This document shows positions 45,117-64,000 of a DNA stretch of 64,000 bases, in pieces; the first letter of the stretch is position 1; each line of letters starts with the position of its first letter. The notes under the pieces were generated by a model. It was given only the letters and a program-made list of their open reading frames with translations. It made no database searches and was not told the DNA's origin. The DNA lies in assembly GCF_009914755.1 (NCBI RefSeq), contig NC_060935.1; one strand, 5' to 3'. The DNA comes from the human T2T-CHM13v2.0 reference genome, Homo sapiens. The position numbers were made by a program, and so were the translations under genes.

Positions 45117-45963
45117 CTAGGAAGACAATCCAAAAAGAGAGGGTTAGCACCTCCAGGGGAAGCAGTCCGCCACCCTTCTAAGAACGTCTGGTGCTCCCTC
45201 ACCCCTGTCTGGAGGAGTAGGGTGGCTGGGCTGGACCTCAGGATGGTGTGGGAGCATTCCAGCCTCCTTCAGGGCCCCCCATTAACGGTCCTGATTATCC
45301 TGGGATGAAGGCAGTCCTAGCCTGGAGCCCAAAAGAACCAGACCTCAGCTTGGATTCAGACTCCACCTCATTCTAACTCCACGACTTTAGCCTCATGTCT
45401 CCATCTATAAAAATGAAGGCTATAATAATGTCTTCCTCATGTGGAATTTTAAAGAAAATCATATTAGACAAAAGTGCATTGGCACATAGTAGGTGCTCAA
45501 CAAATATCCATGGACTCTGTTAAAGTTAAGTGCAGATCTAGGAAATAGTTTCTACCCCTTGGCATTCCAGCACACCCTTCCAGTTTTCCCAGATACCAGT
45601 GAAAAGTGCAGCTATGTCTCAGAGTTGAGAACACCACAGCAAATTCCAGGAGACTCCCAGTGAAGCTGATACCTCCACAAGCTTAGGAGAGGGCCCTAAG
45701 ACCCACAGGCAGGGGCAGAGACACACAAGGAGCCTGTTGGAGCTTGGCCTGTCTAGCCCATTGATCTTGGCCTTGGGGGCCCACAGAGACCGCTGGCATG
45801 GACGTCTATGGGCTCTGAGGGAGGAGGAAGCTGGCTGCTTGCTGGGGTGGGAGGAGCCCCCATTCCCTCGATAAAAGTACCATTGCCCCACCTCACCACC
45901 TCAACTGCTCAGCCACCCACTCAAGTCTTCAACCACTGCAACCACCACAGGAAATATTTTTCA

Positions 45964-46227
<264 letters not shown>

Positions 46228-48030
46228 TCAACCCACCTGCACCACGTTCCAAAGTTCTCCTCCCTTCCCACTGCCTACCAACATAACTGTCCCCTGGGAG
46301 CCTTGCTCTGAGCCCAGTGATTCAGCCCAGCTATACTAAGATGAAAATGTCTGACACCTGAATTTTTAGAGTGAGCCTATCGGTATTTGGAGCTTGTTAA
46401 TCCAAAGGAATAGTCCTCTGATAGTAGAGATTGTTTGAGGTCTTTTTGAAGCCACAGGCATATTCTACCTGGAAAAAGCTCTACCTGTGTCGGGGTGAGC
46501 CTGGGAGGTCCAGCCTCAGCATGAGCCAGGTGGTCAGGGGCCACCTGGAGGGTCCAAGAACACAGACCGGGGACCCTCAGTCCCCCCACCCCTTTGCAAA
46601 GCTCATGCACCCAGTGGCAGCAGGGTGTTAACCCTTGGGCTCTGTTTGCTGCCTGTACTTACCACTTCTTCCCTTTTTGTGGTATGAGCTCTTAGCTAAA
46701 TTTATATTTTATTTGTAAAGTCAAACCAAGAAAGAGAGAGAGAGAGAGGTTGGAAACCTGCAGGAGATGAGATAGGCCATGGTAGAAGCAGAAAGGACAA
46801 CCAGGTTCTGAGGAAGAGGCTGACAGTGGGGGCACCCTACGGACAACCCACCTCTGCCGGGGCAGGGAATCAGGAAGGCCAGCCCCACTCCTGCCCGATG
46901 AGGTACCAGGAGTGTGGAAGAATGGAGTGATTCCCCATTTGGTGTCCTGAGGCTCCAGGGATACTGCCAAGAGGCCAGGAGGTGCAGTGGTTGAACTCAG
47001 ACTTTAGGTGCAGGCTAGCATCTGAAGCCTAGATCCACTATTTGCAAGCTGTGAGACCCTGACACACACAAGTCCCTTTACCTTGCTGAACTTCAACTGC
47101 TCTGATGGAAAATAAGACTAATATTAAATACACATAGATTGTTGTGACAATTAAAAGAGATACCACATGTAGAGAGCACTTAGGAGAGGATCTGACATAC
47201 ACTAAATGCTCAATAGATGTAAATTATATCATTATTGTTGTTGTTGTCATTAGTATTATCAAATGGTGCAACTGTATTTTTTAAGTATTTCACAATTCTC
47301 CCATTAAAAACGGTATGCCCATGCTATGCCTCTTGGTCCTTCCTCTCACTAGCAACCAGGTTATTTACTCAGTGAACAGAATGTGACAGCCAAATGCAGA
47401 GGGAAGGGGTCTCTCCCTTCAGTTTTAAGTTACAAAAACCCAGGCCCTTAGAGAAAGGGAAAGAATTCACAGCATAGACAAGAAGTGAGCCAGAACAAGA
47501 ATTACCCTCCTCATCATACTAGGAAAAAATCTCCAGCCCAGAGAGATGAAAGAGATAAAGAAAAAGGCCAGGTTACAAAGATGCCGATGGGTCCCAGAGA
47601 GAGCAACCTTGTTCCCTGCTCCAAAGTCGAGCCCCGGGAAGGCAATAGAATTCCCAGATGGAGTTGTGGGATCCAAGAGCTGGGCTGAGCTCCAAGACAG
47701 CAAGAGCCCAGATAAGAATAATTGCATATGGATGCCTTGCCACATGGAGCCTCACACAACCTTGAAGAGTTGCTGTCATGGCATGAGAGTAACCAAATGA
47801 TTCCTGTATCCACAAGAGAGACAGGGAAGTCATAGAGAGCCCCTCCAGTGAAGGGAGACAGGCAATAAACTAAATAAAGAAATTAATTATATACCATATT
47901 AGAGGGTGGTAAATGCTAGAGAAAAAAATTAAGCAGAAAGAAAGCATTGTGAAGGGAGAGAGCAGTTTTAAATAAAGTGGTCAAGGAAGGTCTTATGACA
48001 AATGTGACAATTGAGAAGACCTAAAGGAGG

Positions 48031-48408
48031 TGTATTAGTTTATTCTCACACTACTAATAAAAACGTACCTGAGACTGGGTAATTTATAAAGGAAAGAGGT
48101 TTAATTGACTCACAGTTCAGCATGGCTGGGGAGGCCTCAGGAAACTTACAGTCAGGGTGGAAGGGGAAACAAACACGTCCTTCTTCACATGACGGCAGGA
48201 AGGAGAAGAGTGCCAAGCAAAAGCGGGGAAAGTCCCTTATTAAACCATCAAATCTCATGAGAACTTACTAACTATCAGGAGAACAGCAAGAGGGTACCCA
48301 CCCCCATGATTAAATCACCTCCCACCAGGTCCTTCCCACAACACATGGGGATTATGGGAACTACAATTCAAGATGAGATCTGGGTGAAGACACAGCCAAA
48401 CCATACCA
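48031..48408 (-). mobile_element. THE1 solo LTR inserted in an L2
   Basis: cctgagactgggtaatttataaaggaaagaggtttaattgactcacagttc..cacagccaaaccatacca; 5-bp TSD GGAGG. Confidence 0.9.
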
Positions 48409-49229
48409 GGAGGTGAGAGAAGAAACAAGCCTTAGAGGTATCTAGAGTGAAAATGTCTAGGCAGAGGGAGCAGTAGGTACAAATGAGGCAGGAGCATGCC
48501 TAGCAGGTTCCAGAAGCATCCAGGAGCCCTGGGTCATGAGCAGGAAGGCAGCAGGAGAGGAGGTACCAGGAGCCAAATAATGTAGTGCTCTGAAGACAAT
48601 GAGGGGAGCTTGGCTTTTCCTCTGAGTGAGATGGGGAGTCACTTGAGGACTTGGAGCAGATAAAAGGCATGACCCAATGTTTTAAAAGGATGTCTCTGGC
48701 TGGCTACTGTGTTAAGAATTGACGAAGTAGGGAATGATGCTGGAGAAGGGGGACCAGTCAGGAGGCTACTGCAATATCCAAGCAAGAGACAGTAATTAGA
48801 GGAAAGGAGTGCAAGGAACTAAGAGGCCAAGGTCAAAGAAGATCATCTCTGTGGATGACAGAGAGAGGGACAGTGACCCAAGGACTCAAATCTTCAAGAA
48901 CTAAGGGTTAGTGACTCACAGGTGGACGGACAGATGTCAACACAGCGTCATAGTGATACTGGTGGTGTTTGTGGAAGCTGGGGTTTGAAGGGTTTCATCA
49001 AAGAAAAGTCTGTCCAAAAGTAGGAAATACCAGTAGGAAAGCACCAGCAGGGAAATCACAGGCCTTCCAGAGACCCTGAGGTGAGGGAAGGAGATGTTAT
49101 GTCTCCACTGTTACTTTTTTGTGTCTTCTACACAGTGCCTTCTGACTTAGGCAGGTTGCAGAAACAATTACTCTATTTTACCTTTTGATCTTTCTGGGAT
49201 GCTCCTTTACCTAATATTCTTTAGTCTTT

Positions 49230-54545
<5,316 letters not shown>

Positions 54546-54728
54546 TTTGAAGAACCTGTCAAGTTATTTGTTCAAACAAGACATTTCTTTTCCTATGAGG
54601 AATTCTGGTGCCCATGGTTGATATCATAACTCTTTTTTTATTACATCAAGGAAGGCCTAAACTATCCTTAGGAAGAAATAGACTACATTTCCTTTCAACC
54701 GACCCTCCGTAAGAATCATTCTTTTTAA

Positions 54729-56675
<1,947 letters not shown>

Positions 56676-57391
56676 TCAATAGAAATGGAGAAGCCTGACC
56701 CTTTTTCTCTCCTGGTCAATGCCTATACTGAGGTGGGCCAATCTTCAGGCACAGCCACAGTTTTTCTCAGAAATAGGTCTAGGATATCTCTACTATATGA
56801 ATAATTAAAGGTGATTTCTCTGTGGCTAATATATTCCAAACAGATATATTATCTTGGGGCTCCCACTAGAACATCTGGCTTTAGAAAAATCACTCTTGGT
56901 GATCTTGCCAGAATAAATTTCTTGCTTGATTAATTAATATATTCTAATTACTGGCCAAAATAATTGGGACATCAGATGGGCACATGAACCCTTACCTAGG
57001 ATTTTACAGAGGGAAATAATGTATCTACCAACTCTGCATTCATTAAGATGCAGGTCTTAGGCTGGGCGTGGTGGCTCATGCCTGTAATCCTCAGCACTTT
57101 GGGAGACTGAGGCAGGAGAATTGCTTGAGCCCAGGAATTTGAGACCAGCCTGAGCAACACAGTGAGACCCTGTTTCTTTTTTTAAAAAATAAAAATATAA
57201 AATGCAGGTCTTATATAAGTCTCGGTAGCCAAGAATCTATGGTAAACTGATATGCCTCTTCACAAAATCCAAATTTAAGAAAAGGTCAATACAACTTTTG
57301 CCCCACATATGTTGCTACAGGTGAAAATTCTCAGATGTTTCTCCAACAGGCTGTCAGCTATGTGAATTTTTTAAAAATCCACCACCACCAC

Positions 57392-57702
<311 letters not shown>

Positions 57703-59042
57703 CACTTTTTTTTTTGCGTGGTAGATTTTAGTTTTTTAGACTACATTATTATTGCCCATCATTTTGCAGTTAAAGAAACTGTAATTAGAGCTCCTAATAG
57801 TTAAGTAATCACCCAGTTCACAGAGCTGTATATGCCAAAGCCACAGTGAGAACTCAGTTCTTTCTGGCACCAAAACCCATGTCCTTTCCATTATTCTTTA
57901 TTGCTTAAAATTACTTGTTCTATAAAACAATTATACAGAAATAAACAAATTTTAAAAGGCATCTCCAGAACTATGCTATAACTTTTAGAGCAGGCTATGT
58001 GGAGCTTCTTTATGTTAGCAGTTAGATAACCATATCAACTGATTCCTGAAGACGCCCCTCATCCAATCCACCCATTGCCATCAGCCTACGTAAGTACTCA
58101 CACTTCCAACACCTGTGGCAGGGAGGCACACATCCACATTATCCAAAAGCAGTTTCAGACCACAAAGGTGTTTGAGAGAATGAGGCTCTTCAAAACGGAG
58201 TCCTGTTTTGTGTCACTCACAGTAGTATTTGGCCTAGGGGGAGCCATTTCTCCCAGCCTCCACTCTTACCATTAAGATGCAAGTGTTGCATGTGGATCCG
58301 TAACCATGTAGTCAAAGGCTCATGAAGAGTCAATATAATTGTGATCTTCTATTAGTCCTGATCCCAGAAAGCAGCATGGGGCTCTAGGGCAAGATATGCA
58401 TTCAAGACAATCCTTTACATCCCCTTTTCCTCCCTGCTTCGCTGTCCCTCTGGAGTCATGCCAATTGGGCCAAGTTTACTGATGGGCAGGATCAACATAT
58501 ATTCAGAGGTCGTAACTATGGCCCTTCTATTCCATTGCTTCCTTCCATATGACTGGAGCAGTAGGGAGTCAGTGTAGACAACATCGTCTCCCCGCATTTA
58601 CACACAGGCATGCTCATTATGACAGTTTCCTGCTCCTGTGGACCAAAGCGTGGTGAGACCCAGGATTTGGTGTTGGGCTAAGGAGGAGAAAAACATGCCC
58701 TAAGGCTCTTTAGCCTTGGTCATTGCTCCAGTCAAGTTTACAAGACAGGCCTGTGGGGACTTGGGATATAAGTCCTATGATATGTTATTTTTTCTTTGAC
58801 ATTTATCTCCTGTTTCTTTATGTGTCTCTCCCTTAGAGATTTTGTGTAGTTGATGACAGGATTCCAGTAGTCCTGGGTCTGGCCAAAATACTATCTTAAT
58901 TCTATAAAAACCCCTTTTAAAAAAATTACAAATTGATTTTACAAATAAAACTATGCTTATTCGTATATAAAATGTTGACATGGGAAACTTGGGTTTTCAG
59001 TTCGTAAAGAAGAAAATTGGCATAAAATTTACTTAGAATGAT

Positions 59043-59330
59043 GAGGAAGAAAGAGGAGAAGGTGGAGAGGAAAAAAGTCTAAAAACAAAGTAAGGTCAAG
59101 GGGTAAATTAGGAGGTTGGGGAAGAAGATGGAAGAAGAGAAACTGAGAAGCAAAAGGAGGAGGAGGAAGAGAAAAAACAAGGAGAAACAAGAGGAGAAGT
59201 AGAAGGGGAAAAGGAGAAGAAAAAGGAGGAGGAAGAAGAAGAAAAAAGTTGGGGGAGAAGAAGGAGGAGGGGAAGGAGGACAGGAGGAGGAGGAGGGGAA
59301 AAATAAGAGGAAGAGGAGGAGGAGGAGAAA
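59043..59330. repeat. GA-rich low-complexity tract
   Basis: About 290 bp, mostly A and G. Confidence 0.9.
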
Positions 59331-59536
59331 TTCGTGGCTATGTTGTTTCGGGTAAAAATAGTCATTTCACTTTTTGAAAATAGAATCAAGATACAGGAGA
59401 ATAGTCTGTCATCAATGTCAGACAAATAGAATGTCTGCACTGAGTCACTCAAATAAAGGACATGGCAATCACACGCTTGAAGTATAGCATAAATAAATAA
59501 AACCGAATGCAAAAGAGGGACAAAGATTCTGACCTA

Positions 59537-59665
<129 letters not shown>

Positions 59666-60324
59666 CTACAAAAATACAAAAAGTAGCTAGGCATGGTGGC
59701 ACACGCATGTAGCCCCAGCTACTCAGGAGACTGAGGTGGGAGGTTAGCTTAATACTCAAGACCAAGATATAGTTTAGTTAAAGTGTTGTTCCAGTTAAGC
59801 TGTTGTTTCTCAGTTTCAAACCCACTCTCTCTATTTGGCTTTGTGATGTTACAATGAGGACTCTGCAAAAGTTTCTTCTTGCCAGCTGGGGGAAGTTCTG
59901 CCAATAGGAGGCAATAGAGAGAGGCTACAAGGCTGGAGGATGAAGAGGGGACTTACCCCCTGTCTGCTTCTTATTGTCATATCACTGTCAGCATCACCCA
60001 GTGTTTCTTTTTCACCCCAGCAGTTTCTTCTAGCATCAGTTGGGTCTAGTTTGCAGTTTTTCCAAATTCATGGAACCAGTCTCGTTACACCCTACCCTCT
60101 GCCCCAGAAACACCAGCACCAGACTGCCAAAGCCCCCTTTCCCAGAGGTCTGAGGTCCTCCCCCAGGCTCTATGTTTTGATACTTCCAAGTTCTTCCCTT
60201 TGTTTCCGCAGTCTTAATGCTAGCATCTGCCTCCTGCATTGCTACCTCCACATCACCAAGTGTTCTTTATCTGTCTTTTCAGTTACCTAGTTAACAGCTC
60301 TCTAGAATAAATTCTCTCTGGTAA

Positions 60325-60669
<345 letters not shown>

Positions 60670-63600
60670 TAAAGTGTTGGGATTACAGGTGTGAGCCATC
60701 GCACCCAACTTGCAACATAATTTATGTTGGGCTCAGGCTTCTTCACAGAAACGTAATGCTGGGAGACAATAGAGCACAATCTACAAGGTTCTAAGAGAAA
60801 GAAAGTGAAAACCAAAAATATTTTAACAACCCAAGATGTTCAAATATAAAGATAAAAGACAGACATTTTCAAATATAAAAGAACTTAAAGAATAGAATAT
60901 CTGCATGTTCTTTCTTGGGCCCAGCCGCCATTGGTGGTGGAGTGGCACTATGGTGGTCCTGAGCAGCGTGAAGCGGGGTCCATGGAGAAGGGCTGCTTAG
61001 CACGAGATGCCTGATCCCAAGCTGGGGGAGGAGGGTATCCATAAAGATGGGAAGCCTGGTGTGGGGAGTCAGGGCTGAGCAGGAAGAGGAAGGCATAGGG
61101 AATGAGGTAGTCTAACCTGGAGCATCAGAGCCAAAGCAGGATGAGGAGGGTTCTAGGTGGAGGATAGCCTGGTATGTGGAGTCAAAGCCTGAATGGGATT
61201 AGGAGGGCATCCATGGCAGTGTTAGGGGTTATGGCCCACCAAGTGGAGTCAGAGCCCAACAGGGCAAAAAGAAAGGCCATGATGGTGCAGCCCAGCATGA
61301 AGTATCAGAGCCCAAGTAGAAGAAGACAGACATTAGTGCTAGAGAGGACATGGCAGCAGAGATTGGATATTGATTGATACTGATCAATCAATATCAATAT
61401 CGATGTTGATTACATACAAAGGATTAATTAAGTAGTATGTTAAGACTAATGGACGCCAGACTTCACACTGTTGGAAAAAAGAGTTACAAATACAAAAAGA
61501 GAGACACCTAGAATAAATTTCGTGGTGTTAGATTGGAATTGAAGTTATTGGTGTGAACTACAGTTTAATACACATATAAATAGATATAGAAACGGACATA
61601 GACCTGTATGGATGTATGTAGCTTTGTCCACTAGGAGGGCTTGAGGCAGCAATGTCCCAATATCAACAGACACATCTACCACTAAGATCTTGGCTTCTGA
61701 ATGCCATTTTCCACTCAAAGGAACCAGGGTCCCTTGGAGAAATGGCTGATTTCAGTACCAGCAGGGAAAGTAAAAGATGAATTTGAATCATCTTTCTGTG
61801 CCACAGCAACAATAAGGAAGGTCCTAAAAAACAATAGGAGCATGTCAAATGACATATAAGCTAGCTTCTATTGGACAAAGCAATGGCTGTTAAGTTTTCA
61901 AGGGAAGGCGAGAGTATCAAAATTTGATTTGATATTTGAGTATCAAAATAAGTGATGGCGGGAACAACCCACTGAATAAAATAGAAACCATGAGTCCAAA
62001 AGACATTAATTAATTAATTAATTAAAAGTTTACTGCACAATGGCATACTTAGTTTCAAATTCCTCTCCACAAAGTACTTATTAATTACAAAGAGAAAAAA
62101 ATAATAACTTTACAGATGGGAAGCTTGGCAAACACCACCTTAATCAAGTGACCAGAGTGAGCTTCATCAGTAATGAGACAAACAGAAATGGCATACCACC
62201 TGAGGGGAGGCGAGGAGAAGAAACCAGCATCGGCCAGGCATGGTGGCCCATGCCAGTAATCCTAGTGCTTTGGGAGGCTGAGACAGGAGGATCTCTTGAG
62301 GCCAGGAGTCCGAGACCAGCCTGGGCAAATGGCGACACCCCGTCTCTAACAAAAAAATACAAAAAAAAAAATTAGCTGGGTGTGGTGGTGCGTGCCTGTG
62401 GTCCCAGCTACGTGGGAGGATGGTTTGAGCCCAGGAGACAGAGATTACAGTGAGCCAAGATCACACCACTGTACTCCAGCCTGAGTATAAAGATCATTCA
62501 AGAGAAGATTGAGAAAATGCTCCAGACTGAAGCAGAATAAAAAGACATGACAACTAAATGCAACTTGTGATTCTTAATTGTATCCTTTTGCTGTAAAAGC
62601 CACTATCGGGGCAACTGACAAAACTTGAGTAATGTGAGAATTAGATGGGAGTAGTGTATTGTTATTAATTTTCTGATTTTGATCACTGTGTCATGGTTAT
62701 GTAGGGAAATGTCTGTAGGAAATACATTCTAGAGTAATACGAATAATTATATATGAAAAAGCAAAGTTTAAGTGGATATAGTAAAATTCTTTTAAAAGAC
62801 TATATATTTCATGATATGCATTTTAATGTATATATACACCTTATTCTTCTGGACAGATGCAGAAGAAAAGTAATGTGATGATCTGGGAGAGGAACTGGGT
62901 GGTGGTAGGAAAGAGCTTTTGTTTTTCATTTTATATCTTCCTGCATAGTTTATTTTTTTTTGCCAGGTACATGTATTACTCTAATAAAAACAAATACAGG
63001 AGGCTGGGCATTGTGGCTCACACCTGTAATCCCAGCCTTTGAGAGGCCGAGATGTGGGGATCACTTGCGGTCAGGAGTTTGAGACCAGCCTGGTCAACAT
63101 GGTGAAACCCCGTCTCTACCAAAAAATACAAAAATTATCCAGGCGTGGTGGCAGGCGCCTATAGTCCCACCTACTCAGGAGGCTGAGGCACGAGAATCAC
63201 TTGAACTCAGGAGGTGGAGGTTGCAGTGAGCCGATACCATGCCACTGCACTTCAGCCTGGGCAACAGAATGAGACTCTGTCTCAAAACAAAAAACAACAA
63301 CAAAAAAAGGAGTTTTCTGGAGAGTGAGATTATGTGTCATTTCTGTTTTTCTTATTTTTTTACATTCAAAAAACTAATACATAATAATGTTAGACATTTG
63401 CATGCACACGCATGGAAATTTTTATTTTTCTCTCTACAGTTAAGGCAAAAAGTGAATAAGGATCAGCTCTCATCAATTAAGTCAGGCTTTGAACAATTTT
63501 GGTAGCAGAAAGTCTTTACCTGGTGTTTTATTTAATTCAGGCTTTTTAATTTAAAGATCTGTATGAGGGATTGTTCTTGATTAGCGATTAACAAGGATTC

Positions 63601-64000
63601 TAGAACACATAGACAGACTTCAAAACAGTTTTGTCAGGACCATGTAGCTGAGAAAAGCCTCTTGTTTATTAATTTAGGTCTACGTTTCGATGACTTTTTT
63701 CTCACCCAAACCTTACCCTGTGGAATACTTTTTAAAATCTACCCTTCTGTTTTGGTCAAAGTCCTTTGACAAGCATCAGACTTAGAGGCTTTCAACACAG
63801 TTTAAATAGAATTTAAATTCGATAAATTCCTGTGTATTTTTTTTCCTATTTCTTTACAAACTGCCTTCTCTGTATAGTCAAGGGGTTTTTTCTGTTTTGT
63901 TGTTGTTGTTGTTGCTTTGGCTTCCAGAAAATGTCCCTGTAAAATCAAGAAAGTTTAGGGCAAGGCCTGCACTTACTCAAACATGGAAGGGTGAACGCAG

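Overview
Human genomic DNA (chr11q23.3 by gene content). The + strand carries the complete 7-exon IL10RA gene (CpG-island promoter, ATG 16848, stop 30020, 578 aa, polyA signal 31839). The - strand carries the 3' part of the convergent small membrane protein gene SMIM35 (three coding exons plus a probable non-coding terminal exon; its first exon is not in the window). The rest is Alu, L1, L2, MIR and LTR repeats, including a solo LTR12C and a young AluYb8. I found no convincing new multi-gene system. The most interesting observations are an out-of-frame uORF overlapping the IL10RA start, a 130-nt cassette exon that is both a poison exon and carries an in-frame ATG for a leaderless receptor, a double snap-back hairpin insertion in an old L1, interleaved local duplications, a GAS/IRF/ETS motif cluster just 3' of IL10RA, and a triple target-site duplication around tandem Alus. 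Repeat subfamilies and variant IDs are from recall, not from database searches.
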